Shown one piece after another: positions 1 through 9,568 of a stretch of DNA of 54,124 bases. The number at the start of each line of letters is the position of its first letter. The first letter of the stretch is position 1. The notes beneath the pieces are model-generated. The model saw nothing but the letters and a program-made list of their open reading frames with translations. It was not told the origin of the DNA and made no database searches. Position numbers and translations under genes: made by a program. Source of the stretch: Opitutaceae bacterium (GTDB taxonomy: Bacteria; Verrucomicrobiota; Verrucomicrobiia; Opitutales; Opitutaceae); NCBI GenBank assembly GCA_035656555.1, contig DASRSJ010000054.1, positions 1 through 54,124 of the forward strand. The letters are read 5' to 3'.

Positions 1-995
1 CCGCCCCGCTCAGGTCACAGCCGATCCCAGTGAAGGTGGCGGTCGTCGTGACCTTCGAGGTGGGTGCCGACCGCGGCGACCGTCCCGGCGAGTTCCAGGG
101 ATGGGTCGAGGGCGAGAACTGGACCCAGCAGATACTGGTGCCCGGCGTCGATCATCCCGTCCTGACCGACGGCAACGGCACCATTGGCGTCATCTCGGGC
201 ACGACGGTTCGGGCCTCGAACCAGATCATGGCGCTCGTCATGAGCGGGAAATTCGACTTCACGAAGACCTACTGGGTGGTGAACGGCATCGCGGGCGTGA
301 ATCCCTCCGCCGCATCGATCGGCAGCGCCGCATGGGCGCGCTACGTGATCGATGGCGACGTGGCCTATGAGATCGACTCCCGCGAGGACGACCCCTCCTG
401 GCCCTACGGGATCATGCCAATAGGCTCGACCGTCCCGAACCAGAAGCCCAAGAGGGAGGGATGGGAGCCCGACTCGATGGCGTACCCTCTGAACCCGACC
501 CTCGTCGAATGGGCCTATGAGTTCACGAAGGACACGCAGATTCCCGACAACGACGCGATGAAGGCCTACCGCGCGACCTATGTCGGCTATCCGGAGGCGA
601 TGAAGCCCCCGTTTGTGCTCCTGGGCGAGACTTTCGGCTCCTGCCGCTACTGGCATGGCAAGGCGATGACGCAGTGGGCAAGCGACTGGACGAAGCTGTG
701 GACGGACGGCAAGGGCTTCTTCGCCATGTCCGACATGGAGGACCAGGGAATCGCGGCGGCGCTCTCGCGCCTTGCGAAAATGAAGCAGGTCGATTTCCAG
801 CGCGTCCTTTTCCTGAGGACGGCCAGCAATTACTGCATGCAGGCGCCGGCGCAGGATGTGAGCAAGAGCCTCCATGCGGAGTATGCCGGCTTCATGCCCT
901 CGCTCGCGGCCGCCTACCGCGTCGGCAGCCTGGTCACCCATGAGCTTGTGGCCCACTGGGCCGAGTACTCCGTAACCCCTCCCGCGGCGAAGTGA
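1..995 (+). CDS. Purine nucleoside permease (NUP family), 5-prime partial
   Basis: ORF 30..995 stays open in frame back to base 3. The product (KVAVVVTFEVGADRGDRPGEFQGW, CRYWHGK, SDMEDQG) resembles NUP-family proteins as I recall them. No signal peptide is present if it starts at GTG 30, so the N-terminus probably lies upstream of the window. Confidence 0.7.
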   Translation, partial: APLRSQPIPVKVAVVVTFEVGADRGDRPGEFQGWVEGENWTQQILVPGVDHPVLTDGNGTIGVISGTTVRASNQIMALVMSGKFDFTKTYWVVNGIAGVNPSAASIGSAAWARYVIDGDVAYEIDSREDDPSWPYGIMPIGSTVPNQKPKREGWEPDSMAYPLNPTLVEWAYEFTKDTQIPDNDAMKAYRATYVGYPEAMKPPFVLLGETFGSCRYWHGKAMTQWASDWTKLWTDGKGFFAMSDMEDQGIAAALSRLAKMKQVDFQRVLFLRTASNYCMQAPAQDVSKSLHAEYAGFMPSLAAAYRVGSLVTHELVAHWAEYSVTPPAAK

Positions 996-2083
996 GCGGC
1001 GTCGAGCAAAGGGACGATGCCCCTCCGGTCACCCGGAAGAAGCCCTCGTTCCCGATAACGGACGGCCTGCGCGGCTACCTGCGCACCTACAAGCGCGAGC
1101 GCGTCCTGCCCGTGACCTACGAGAGGCTGCGCGGCTTCACCGAGGTGATCCCACTCACCGACTCCGACGGCAAGCCGACTCTCTGGGACACGGTCATCTA
1201 CGACGGCAACGAGATGAGGTCGCTCAACGAGGCGCTCAAGGAGGTCTATGCCCTCCTGAAGGTCGATGGGGACATGTCGGTTGTGCAGCACCTCTATGCC
1301 GACCGCGTGGATTTCTGCACCTTCGGCAACTCGACGCCCTTCAGGATCCGGATCGTCAACGCCTACAACGACAACCAGGACTACTTCTACATCAAGAAGG
1401 CGGACGCCTCGCGGGTGTACGGTCTGGAGCTTGAACACCTCCTCTCGCCGAACCGCCTGAACTTCATGACGCAGGGGACGACCTTGGTCGAGGAGCACGT
1501 CCCGGGGATCCCGGGGGACATCTTCATCGACAAGTGGCTCAACCGTCCGGACCTGAGTCCGGTCCGCGTGGCGAAGGAGCTCGTGAAGTTCAACGAGCGC
1601 TGCTTCGTGCGGCTCCTCGGGGACATGCGCTCCTACAACTTCGTCTTTGTTGTGACGCCCGACTTCGAGGACTTCCAGCTGAGGGTGCGGGCGATGGACT
1701 TCGACCAGCAGAGCTACAACGGGCGTAGGAACTTTTACAGGCCGCAGTTCTTCAAGGAAAACGCGTCGCTCGCCATGTTCTGCGCGAAGCACCTGCGCCT
1801 CGAGACGGCCAGCCAGTACCTCAGGGAGGAGCAGACGCTCATGCTGCACCGCGCGGAGCTTGCAGCCGGCCGCCTCGGCCTTCTCCTTGTTGAGATGGAG
1901 AAGGATCCGATTTCACCGCCCGAGAAGGTGCACCTGCTGAGGGAGTCCCTCGCAGAGCACTATGGGCGCCGTGAGTACATGGCCTGCGAGTCCATGGGGG
2001 CCCTGATCCGCGAGAACCTCGAGTCCATCCGCCGTCATGTCGGTCGGCCCGCGCTGTCCGAGATCATGCCAAACATCCGTTGA
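992..2083 (+). CDS. Hypothetical protein with protein-kinase-like motif pattern
   Basis: 363-aa ORF with high GC3. GTG start overlaps the NUP stop (GTGA). Motifs appear in kinase-like order: YFYIKKAD, YGLELEHLL, LVEEHVPGIPG, LGDMRSYNF (D-x4-N), AMDFD. Confidence 0.6.
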   Translation: MSGVEQRDDAPPVTRKKPSFPITDGLRGYLRTYKRERVLPVTYERLRGFTEVIPLTDSDGKPTLWDTVIYDGNEMRSLNEALKEVYALLKVDGDMSVVQHLYADRVDFCTFGNSTPFRIRIVNAYNDNQDYFYIKKADASRVYGLELEHLLSPNRLNFMTQGTTLVEEHVPGIPGDIFIDKWLNRPDLSPVRVAKELVKFNERCFVRLLGDMRSYNFVFVVTPDFEDFQLRVRAMDFDQQSYNGRRNFYRPQFFKENASLAMFCAKHLRLETASQYLREEQTLMLHRAELAAGRLGLLLVEMEKDPISPPEKVHLLRESLAEHYGRREYMACESMGALIRENLESIRRHVGRPALSEIMPNIR

Positions 2084-2508
2084 AAACCGTCCTTCAAAAG
2101 TTCCTCTGCTGCGGCGCACTTGCCGCGCTCCTCCTCTCAAGCGGCTGCGACTCCGAGCCCGTCCGCGTGCCCAAGACGACGCAGACAGTCACCATGATGC
2201 CGGATCGTCAGAATCCCGCGATCGACATCGAGGTGGTGACGAACCTGAGGATCGTGCTGCCCGGGCCCGACATCGGCTCCGACCTCGTCTGGGAGATTGT
2301 CTCAAACAACACGAAGGTCCTCGACCAGACGTCGTCACTCAAGCCGGTCACGCCCGTGCCGGTGGGCGACAAGCCCACGACGACCGTGACGTTCTATTCC
2401 CAGAAGCCGGGCAAGAGCGTCCTGCGCTTCGTCCTCGTGCATCCCGACCAGGCCGAGTCGGTTCCGGTCTCCAAGTGCGCGCTGGCCGTCCGGGTGAACG
2501 ACGACTAG
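2080..2508 (+). CDS. Small lipoprotein, unknown function
   Basis: TTG start overlaps the upstream stop (TTGA). N-terminus MKTVLQKFLCCGALAALLLSSGC carries a signal peptide and lipobox LSSGC. Confidence 0.65.
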   Translation: MKTVLQKFLCCGALAALLLSSGCDSEPVRVPKTTQTVTMMPDRQNPAIDIEVVTNLRIVLPGPDIGSDLVWEIVSNNTKVLDQTSSLKPVTPVPVGDKPTTTVTFYSQKPGKSVLRFVLVHPDQAESVPVSKCALAVRVNDD

Positions 2509-2512
2509 CCCG

Positions 2513-2845
2513 TCAGTTCATCCAGTATCCGGAGTTGCCCGCGCCCACCTCGGCAAGCTCCCCGACCTCCGCCTCCTCGGGCGGATGCTCCTCCAGCGGC
2601 GCGAAGCGCTCCGATGAAAAACCAAGCTCCTGTTTGCCGACATGGAAGGGATCAGGGGGATTGTTGAGCTCCGCGAGAAGCAGGCCCACGGTGGCGGAGT
2701 CGCCTCCCTTGACGATCTTCTCACGGCCGAGGAACACTTCGCGGATCGTGTAGGTGTTGCCCTTCACGGGCAGCTGCTTGTACACGGCCTTAACGAACTC
2801 GTTGAAGGTGTCGTTGATGCAGACGACTTTCTGGCCCTTGATCAA
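2513..2845 (-). CDS. Small hypothetical protein (about 110 aa)
   Basis: This is the 3-prime part of ORF 2513..2992. An internal TTG at 2845 is preceded by GGAGG (5-nt spacer) and overlaps the upstream gene stop (TTGA). The 5-prime part of the listed ORF overlaps the DUF5069 gene and is Arg/Pro-rich, so it is probably not translated. Confidence 0.5.
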   Translation of the reverse strand: MIKGQKVVCINDTFNEFVKAVYKQLPVKGNTYTIREVFLGREKIVKGGDSATVGLLLAELNNPPDPFHVGKQELGFSSERFAPLEEHPPEEAEVGELAEVGAGNSGYWMN

Positions 2846-3303
2846 TCGATCCTCCCTTCGTCGAACTCTATGAGGTCGGTGACGCTGCGGATCTCGTCGG
2901 TCCTGTCGGCGCAGCCCATGGCAGTCAGGGCCTCGCCGAGGAACTCCCTGCCGGCGGGGGTCATCCCCTTCTGGACATACGCCCGGTTCCACTCCGCCGC
3001 GCGGACATCGGCAGGGAGCAGTTCCTTGAGTCCGGACTCCACCTCGGCCTCGTCCCTCGATTCGAAGACCAGCTTCTCCACGGACGACGGGTCAATGCCC
3101 AGGTGCAGGCACAGGAAGCGGTCCATGCCCCTCTTGAAATTCTTGGCGTAGGTTGGGGGAAGCGAGCCGTTCTCCTTCACGTACCTGCACTTGGCCAGGA
3201 AGCGCGGCAGGTGCAGAAGCCCCGTCGCGGCGTGCGGCACATAGGCTGACGGCAGGGAGGTGAGCACCTCACCAGAGGATCCGGGGATCGGCTTTGACGG
3301 CAT
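2842..3303 (-). CDS. DUF5069-like protein
   Basis: ORF 2842..3336. ATG at 3303 (MPSKPIPGSS) is preferred because the upstream 33 nt are AT-rich. LLHLPRFLAKCRYVKENG resembles the DUF5069 signature as I remember it. Confidence 0.55.
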   Translation of the reverse strand: MPSKPIPGSSGEVLTSLPSAYVPHAATGLLHLPRFLAKCRYVKENGSLPPTYAKNFKRGMDRFLCLHLGIDPSSVEKLVFESRDEAEVESGLKELLPADVRAAEWNRAYVQKGMTPAGREFLGEALTAMGCADRTDEIRSVTDLIEFDEGRID

Positions 3304-3335
3304 TGGTAGCAAACAGATATATCCCAAAACCTCCA

Positions 3336-3815
3336 ATGGACAAGAGTGCCCTTATCCGCTCGATCGTTTTGCAGCTTGAGGCCGACCTCGCCATGCAGAG
3401 CGCAGCCGCCCACGCCTCAAAGGCCGAGGCCACGGACGAGGAGAGCCGCGCCGAGGACAAGTACGACATGAGGAGCCAGAGTGCGGCCTACCTGGCAGCC
3501 GGCCAAGCCAAGCTCGCCTCGGACCTGCTTGATGCGATCGCCGCCTGGAATTTGCTGACGCCGAAGGCGTTTGGGGAGGGGCAGGCCATCGCGGCCGGGG
3601 CCCTTGTCACCCTTGAATCAAAGGGCAGGTTGGCGACCTACCTGATGGGACCTTCCTCGGGCGGCCTGGAGGCCAGCGACGGAGTGTCAACCGCGACCGT
3701 GGTCACGGCGGCATCGCCCTTGGGACGCCAGCTGCTCGGCAGGCGGGCGGGGGACAACGTAAAGATCGCGGACCGCCTCGGGCCCGTTATTCATCGGGTG
3801 AGCGCCGTGATCTAG
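3336..3815 (+). CDS. GreA/GreB-family (Rnk-like) regulator
   Basis: C-terminus VVTAASPLGRQLLGRRAGDNVKI...HRVSAVI fits the GreA C-terminal domain pattern (SPLG..LLG...GD). The N-terminal part is a helical coiled coil. The ATG at 3336 (MDKSALIR) is chosen over the start at 3294. Confidence 0.6.
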   Translation: MDKSALIRSIVLQLEADLAMQSAAAHASKAEATDEESRAEDKYDMRSQSAAYLAAGQAKLASDLLDAIAAWNLLTPKAFGEGQAIAAGALVTLESKGRLATYLMGPSSGGLEASDGVSTATVVTAASPLGRQLLGRRAGDNVKIADRLGPVIHRVSAVI

Positions 3816-3858
3816 GGCGCCTCGAATAGCTAAGGACTCGTCCCGGAACTCCCCCAAA

Positions 3859-4920
3859 GTGACACAACGAATTACCCTGCGAACGGGCGGGTGGAGCAAG
3901 GAGGCGTGCGGGGCATTGATGGATGAGCTCAAGGGAATAGCCATCCTCTGCATCATCATCTACCACGCAGGCGCGGTATTCCACGGCTCTCCCAATCATT
4001 TTCTCTTTGGTCAGTACGGCGTGGACCTGTTTCTCGTCATCAGCGGCGCACTGTTGACGATCTACTCGAGTTCCAAGTCGCCCCTTCAATTCCTGCGCGC
4101 CCGTTTCTGGCGCATCGCCCCTGCCTATTGGGTGGCATATACTCTCTATCTGTTTTGCGGCCTGCATTTTCTGGGAAAGTCCTATCCGGGTTACAACGTG
4201 GCCATTCACTATCTGGGGCTTCAGACCGCGTTCGGCGCCATGGGCTTCGATGTCACCGCGGCATTCTGGTTCATGACCCTCCTCGTCTACCTCTATCCCA
4301 TTTTTGCATTCACAAAACAGTGGCATGGGAAAATGGAGCACGTGCTGCTGATCGGGGGCGTTGCGTCCATAGCCGCGGGCGCATGGTTCCGGTGGGTTAT
4401 CACCGACGAAGTCGTTCTGGGATATTTCGCCATGCGGATCCCCGCCTTCTTCTTTGGAATCATCATCGGCCAATTTCTAAAGCACGGCTTCATGGACGTC
4501 GGCATCACCTGGTGGCAGGCGATCGTGATGTACCTGATCGCGATTGAATGGAGTGCGCTAAGTCTGAACGCGAACGGGATAATCTACGCCGCCGGGATAA
4601 CCGTGCTCTATTTTTTCGCCGTGCGGCCGCTGGCAGTCTTCCTCGGGCTGCCACGCCTTCTTAGGGTCTTTGCTTTCCTCGGTTTCTATTCCCTCGAGAT
4701 CTTCGTCTTCCATCAACCCCTGCTGGAGCCCTACGCCCGCATGGCTATCCGCGCCCTGTTCGGAACGGTCAATCCGGGCCATCTCGCCCTCCTATCCGGA
4801 ATCGTCGTGGCGATCGCCGTCACGACGGCCCTGGCGGTCGTCATTCGCAAGATTCTCGATCTCGTGCTGAGGCAACTGTCACTGACGACACGGTCCAGCC
4901 CGGCCCACCCCGCCCGCTAG
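3859..4920 (+). CDS. Acyltransferase family 3 integral membrane protein
   Basis: LKGIAILCIIIYHAG motif followed by about 10 hydrophobic helices. An alternative start exists at 3919 (MDELKG). Confidence 0.7.
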   Translation: MTQRITLRTGGWSKEACGALMDELKGIAILCIIIYHAGAVFHGSPNHFLFGQYGVDLFLVISGALLTIYSSSKSPLQFLRARFWRIAPAYWVAYTLYLFCGLHFLGKSYPGYNVAIHYLGLQTAFGAMGFDVTAAFWFMTLLVYLYPIFAFTKQWHGKMEHVLLIGGVASIAAGAWFRWVITDEVVLGYFAMRIPAFFFGIIIGQFLKHGFMDVGITWWQAIVMYLIAIEWSALSLNANGIIYAAGITVLYFFAVRPLAVFLGLPRLLRVFAFLGFYSLEIFVFHQPLLEPYARMAIRALFGTVNPGHLALLSGIVVAIAVTTALAVVIRKILDLVLRQLSLTTRSSPAHPAR

Positions 4921-4922
4921 CC

Positions 4923-4945
4923 GCAGGCGCCGCTTGGGCACCTGC
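4923..4945. terminator. Possible bidirectional hairpin between convergent genes
   Basis: GCAGGCGCC-GCTTG-GGCACCTGC forms a 9-bp stem with one mismatch. No U-tract follows. Confidence 0.3.
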
Positions 4946-4965
4946 CGCGAAACGGGGCCGGCGGC

Positions 4966-7900
4966 TCAGACCGGGATCGGAATCTTGGTCGCGTCGAACG
5001 TGAAGACGCCCTTCGGCGTCTCCGGCGTCGGCGGGTGGGGCACGACCTTCCAGAACTTGGATATAGCCGACTCCCATGAGTCGACCATGGCCTTGGCGTG
5101 CGGGCTGCCCGTCAACTTGGCGTGGACGGCGACCAGTTGCCTGAGCGAGCCGATCTCCTCCTCATTGTTGAGGCGCTCGATGCCGATCATCTGGGGATTG
5201 ATCCGGTCTCCCAGCGTGCCGCTCTCGTCATGGATGAAGGCCAGGCCACCGCTCATGCCGGCGCCGAAGTTCGTGCCCGTGGATCCCAGGATGACGACGA
5301 CTCCGCGGGTCATGTATTCGCAGCCGTGGTCGCCCACGCCCTCGACTACCGCCGTAGCGCCGGAGTTGCGGACCGCGAAGCGCTCGCCGGCCCAGCCGGC
5401 CGCGAAGAGCGAGCCACCCGTCGCGCCGTAGAGGCAGGTGTTTCCGATGATGACGTTGTCGGACCACTTGTACTTTTCCGTGGCCCTTGGGCGGATGACG
5501 ATCTCGCCTCCGGCCATGCCCTTGCCGACATAGTCGTTGGCCTCGCCGTTGAGAAGGAGCTTCAGTCCGCCAACCAGGAATGCGCCGAAGGACTGGCCGG
5601 CGCTGCCGGTGAAGGTCAGGTCGATGGTCCCCGGGGGCAGGGCGTGGTTGCCGCGCTGGTAGGCGATCTGTCCGGACAGGTGCGTTCCGACGTCACGGTT
5701 GACGTTCGTGATCTTGTAGCGGGCGACAAGCCGCGCGCTCTTGCCCAAGATGACGTCCCTGGCCTCCTGGAGGAGCTGCTCATCCAGGGATCCCTCCGCG
5801 CCGAAGCGCTCGTTGCGCTCCCTCGTGTGGTAGCGGTCGTGCTCGCCCGACGGGTCGGGGTTGTGGAGGAGCCCGGAGAGGTTGACCATCTTGGTCTTCG
5901 GGTTCGACGGGTCGTCGATCTGCTCAAGGAGCTCGGTGCGTCCGATGATCTCGTTGAGGGTGCGGGCTCCGAGCTTCGCCAGGTAGCCGCGGACATCCTC
6001 GGCGACGGCGTTGAAGTAGTTGATGACGTTCTCGGGCTTGCCGCGGAACTTGGCGCGCAGGTCGTCGCGCTGCGTGGCGACGCCGACGGGGCAGGTGTTA
6101 AGGTGGCAGACGCGGAACATGGCGCAGCCGGACGCGATCAGGGCGCCGGTGCCGAAGTTGAACTCCTCGGCGCCAAGGATGGCGGCCACGATGATGTCGC
6201 GGCCGGTCTTCATGCCGCCGTCCGTGCGCAGGACGACGCGGCCGCGCAGGCCGTTCATCATCAGCACCTGGTGGACCTCGGCGATGCCGATCTCCCAGGA
6301 GGAGCCGGCGTTCTTGATCGAGGCAAGCGGCGAGGCGCCCGTTCCGCCCTCATGCCCGGAGACCAGAATGACGTCGGCGTAGGCCTTGGCCACGCCGGCC
6401 GCGACCGTGCCGACGCCGGAGCTCGAGACGAGCTTCACGCACACCTTGGCGCGCGGGTTGACCTCCTTCATGTCGAAGATCAGCTGGGCCAGATCCTCGA
6501 TGGAGTAGATGTCGTGATGCGGGGGCGGGGAAATGAGCGTCACGCCCGGCACGCTGAAGCGCAGCTTCGCGATCAGGGGGGAGACCTTGTGGCCGGGCAG
6601 CTGGCCGCCCTCGCCGGGCTTTGCGCCCTGCGCCATCTTGATCTCGATCTCCTTCGCGTTCGCAAGGTACTCGGCGGTCACGCCGAAGCGGCCGGAGGCC
6701 ACCTGCTTGATCGCGCTGTTGGCCGAGTCGCCGTTCTCCCTGATGGAGAAGCGGGAGGGATCCTCGCCGCCCTCGCCGGAGTTCGACTTGCCACCGATGC
6801 GGTTCATGGCGATCGCGAGGTTCTCGTGGGCCTCGGGCGAGAGTGCGCCAAGCGACATGCCGGCGGTCGTGAAGCGCTTGCGGATGTCCTCGCCCGGCTC
6901 GACCTCGTCAAGGGCCACGGGGGTGCGCTGGTCGTAGCGGATCTTGAGCAGATCCTTGATAGCGAGCGGCTGGTGCTCGTCGGTCACAGCCTTCCAGCCC
7001 GAGAAATCCTCGGGTGTTCCGCTCTTCGTGAAGCGGTTCATGGCTGCGATGACCTTCGGGTTCCAGCCGTGGTACTCGCCGTCGCCCTTCTTGTTTACCT
7101 TGTAGAAACCCTCGTTGTGGAGGCCCACGACCGGGGCGGCCTGGCCGATGTGATCCGGGTCGGCGGAGTCCAGGGCCGGGAACGCGCGGTCGTGGCGCTT
7201 CAGGGTCTCCTCCGCGATCTGCCGGTAGTCGATTCCGCCCACGGGTGTCGGCGTGCCGAAGAAGCACTCCTCGACCACCTTGTAGCTGATGCCGATCGCC
7301 TCGAAGATCTGCGCGCCGCGGTAGCTCAGCAGCGTGCTGATTCCCATCTTTGCCATGATCTTGAGCAGGCCGGCGTCGATGGCGTACTTGTAGTTCGTGC
7401 GCGCCTTGTCGGCGGCGACGGGCTTGGAGGTCTTGCCGGTCGCGGCCAGGTCGCTCACGACATCGAGGGCCAGCCATGGATAGACGGCGTTCGCGCCGAA
7501 GCCGAGGAGGCAGGCGATGTGGTGCACGTCGCGGGCCTCGCCGGTCTCAGCGACAATGTCGCAGCGCAGGCGCAGCCCGGCCTTAACCAGCTGCTGGTTC
7601 ACGGCGCCGACGGCGAGAAGCATGGGCGCGGCGACTCGCTCGCGGGTCACGCCGCGGTCGGAGAGAATGACGACCTTCGCGTTGTTGCCCTCGACGGCGA
7701 CCTGGACGCGCTGGGCGATGTCCTTGAGAGCCTTCTCGAGCCCGTCGGGCCCGGAGGCCGCGTCAAAGAGGACGCCGATCCTAACGACGCGGTTCTTGAG
7801 GAAGGGGACATCAAAGAGTGCGGCCGTCTCGTCGGCGCCGAGCACCGGCGAGTCGAGCTCGACGAAGCCGCTCGTCTTCGGGAGTTCCTCGAAGAGGCCG

Positions 7901-9531
7901 AGCCGGCCGCCGAGGTACATTCCAAGCGACATGACGGACTTCTCGCGGATCGAGTCGATCGGCGGGTTCGTGACCTGAGCAAAGAGCTGCTTGAAGTACT
8001 GGTAGAGCAGGCGCGGGCGGCGAGAGAGGACGGCGAGCGGCGTGTCGTCACCCATCGAGCCCGTGGGCTCGAGGCCCTCGGCGAGGGAGGTGAGTACCAT
8101 CTCGACCTCCTCGCTGTCGTAGCCGAAGGCCACCTGCGAGGTGAGGGAAGGCTCCACGGCAGCCTCAGACCTCGCGTTCTCCGCGGCGAAGGCCGAGAGG
8201 CTGAGGAGGTGCTCGTCGCACCAGGACTTGTAGAGGGGCTTCTGGGTGATGGCGTTGAGGATCTGCGCGTCGTGGAGGACGCGCTTCTGCTCCAGGTCGA
8301 CCGCGATCATGCGGCCGGGCCCGAGGCGGCCACTCTCGATGACGGTGCCGGGGAAGTCGAAGACAAGGCCGGCCTCGCTTGCCAGCATCACATAGCCGTC
8401 GCTGAAGACCTTGTAGCGGGCGGGACGCAGGCCGTTCCTGTCCAGGGCCGCGCCGACGATCTTGCCGTCCGTGAAGACAATGGCCGCCGGGCCGTCCCAG
8501 GGCTCGATCATGCAGGAGTGGTACCTGAAGAACGCGCGCGCCTCGGGGGTCAGGCTCTTGTCCTTCTCCCAGGCCATCGGCATCATCATCAGGCACGCGT
8601 GGAGCGCCTCGCGTCCTCCGAGCGTCAGGAGCTGCAGGGCGTTGTCGAACGACGCGGAGTCGCTCATGTTCGGCTGCACCAGGGGGCGCAGGTCCGTGAA
8701 GCGGTCGCCCCAGACGCCGTGCGCGGTGCTGCGCTCGCGGGCGCGCATGAGGTTCCTGTTGCCGCGGATCGTGTTGATCTCGCCGTTGTGGGCCATCATC
8801 CGGAACGGGTGGGCCAGGTGCCAGGTCGGGAAGGTGTTCGTCGAGTAACGCTGGTGGAAGATGACGAACGCGCTCTTGTACTTCGGGGACTTGAGGTCGT
8901 CGAAGAACTTGCGCACCTGGGGGGCGTTCAGCAGGCCCTTGTAGACGATGGTCCTGGACGAGAACGAGCAGATGTAGAAACCGTCGACGCCCGCCTCGAA
9001 GGACTTCCGCTCCGAGGCCTTCTGGGCGAGGAACAGCTTGCGCTCGAAATCGTCGTCGGAGGCGTCGTCCTTGCGGGCCACGAGGGCCTGCACGATGACG
9101 GGCTTGGTCTCCAGGGCCTTGCGACCGAGGCAGGAGTCATCCGTCGGTACCTCGCGCCAGCAGAGGAAAGCCAGGCCCTCGGCCTTGATCGCGGCCTCGA
9201 CGATCTTCTTGCAGTGGGAGGCCGCGTAGTCGTCGCGGGGGAGGAAGATCATGCCGACGCCAAGGTCGGCCTCGCGGAAGAGGGGCTTCTTCTTCTTTTC
9301 CAGGAACTCCTTGAAGAGCTCGTGGGGAATCTGGGTGAGGAGCCCGGCTCCGTCGCCGGTCACCGCGTCCGCATCGATGGCGCCGCGGTGGGCGAGGGAC
9401 TTGAGGGCCGCGATGGCGCGCTCCACGACGTCGTGGGACTTCTCCCCCGAGGTCTTCGCGATGAAGCCCACGCCGCAGGCGTCGTGCTCCTGGCCGGAGT
9501 TGTAGAGGGGGGAAGGAATGATCGGGCTCAT
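4966..9531 (-). CDS. gltB: Glutamate synthase large subunit (GOGAT alpha chain)
   Basis: N-terminal Ntn-amidotransferase Cys motif QEHDACGVGFIA, length about 1520 aa, and the typical central, FMN and C-terminal GXGXG-type regions. The start is set at ATG 9531 because the ATG at 9570 lies inside the upstream terminator U-tract. Confidence 0.93.
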   Translation of the reverse strand: MSPIIPSPLYNSGQEHDACGVGFIAKTSGEKSHDVVERAIAALKSLAHRGAIDADAVTGDGAGLLTQIPHELFKEFLEKKKKPLFREADLGVGMIFLPRDDYAASHCKKIVEAAIKAEGLAFLCWREVPTDDSCLGRKALETKPVIVQALVARKDDASDDDFERKLFLAQKASERKSFEAGVDGFYICSFSSRTIVYKGLLNAPQVRKFFDDLKSPKYKSAFVIFHQRYSTNTFPTWHLAHPFRMMAHNGEINTIRGNRNLMRARERSTAHGVWGDRFTDLRPLVQPNMSDSASFDNALQLLTLGGREALHACLMMMPMAWEKDKSLTPEARAFFRYHSCMIEPWDGPAAIVFTDGKIVGAALDRNGLRPARYKVFSDGYVMLASEAGLVFDFPGTVIESGRLGPGRMIAVDLEQKRVLHDAQILNAITQKPLYKSWCDEHLLSLSAFAAENARSEAAVEPSLTSQVAFGYDSEEVEMVLTSLAEGLEPTGSMGDDTPLAVLSRRPRLLYQYFKQLFAQVTNPPIDSIREKSVMSLGMYLGGRLGLFEELPKTSGFVELDSPVLGADETAALFDVPFLKNRVVRIGVLFDAASGPDGLEKALKDIAQRVQVAVEGNNAKVVILSDRGVTRERVAAPMLLAVGAVNQQLVKAGLRLRCDIVAETGEARDVHHIACLLGFGANAVYPWLALDVVSDLAATGKTSKPVAADKARTNYKYAIDAGLLKIMAKMGISTLLSYRGAQIFEAIGISYKVVEECFFGTPTPVGGIDYRQIAEETLKRHDRAFPALDSADPDHIGQAAPVVGLHNEGFYKVNKKGDGEYHGWNPKVIAAMNRFTKSGTPEDFSGWKAVTDEHQPLAIKDLLKIRYDQRTPVALDEVEPGEDIRKRFTTAGMSLGALSPEAHENLAIAMNRIGGKSNSGEGGEDPSRFSIRENGDSANSAIKQVASGRFGVTAEYLANAKEIEIKMAQGAKPGEGGQLPGHKVSPLIAKLRFSVPGVTLISPPPHHDIYSIEDLAQLIFDMKEVNPRAKVCVKLVSSSGVGTVAAGVAKAYADVILVSGHEGGTGASPLASIKNAGSSWEIGIAEVHQVLMMNGLRGRVVLRTDGGMKTGRDIIVAAILGAEEFNFGTGALIASGCAMFRVCHLNTCPVGVATQRDDLRAKFRGKPENVINYFNAVAEDVRGYLAKLGARTLNEIIGRTELLEQIDDPSNPKTKMVNLSGLLHNPDPSGEHDRYHTRERNERFGAEGSLDEQLLQEARDVILGKSARLVARYKITNVNRDVGTHLSGQIAYQRGNHALPPGTIDLTFTGSAGQSFGAFLVGGLKLLLNGEANDYVGKGMAGGEIVIRPRATEKYKWSDNVIIGNTCLYGATGGSLFAAGWAGERFAVRNSGATAVVEGVGDHGCEYMTRGVVVILGSTGTNFGAGMSGGLAFIHDESGTLGDRINPQMIGIERLNNEEEIGSLRQLVAVHAKLTGSPHAKAMVDSWESAISKFWKVVPHPPTPETPKGVFTFDATKIPIPV

Positions 9532-9568
9532 GCGGTGCGTGGAAATTGGAGGAGGCTGGCGTCTGGGC

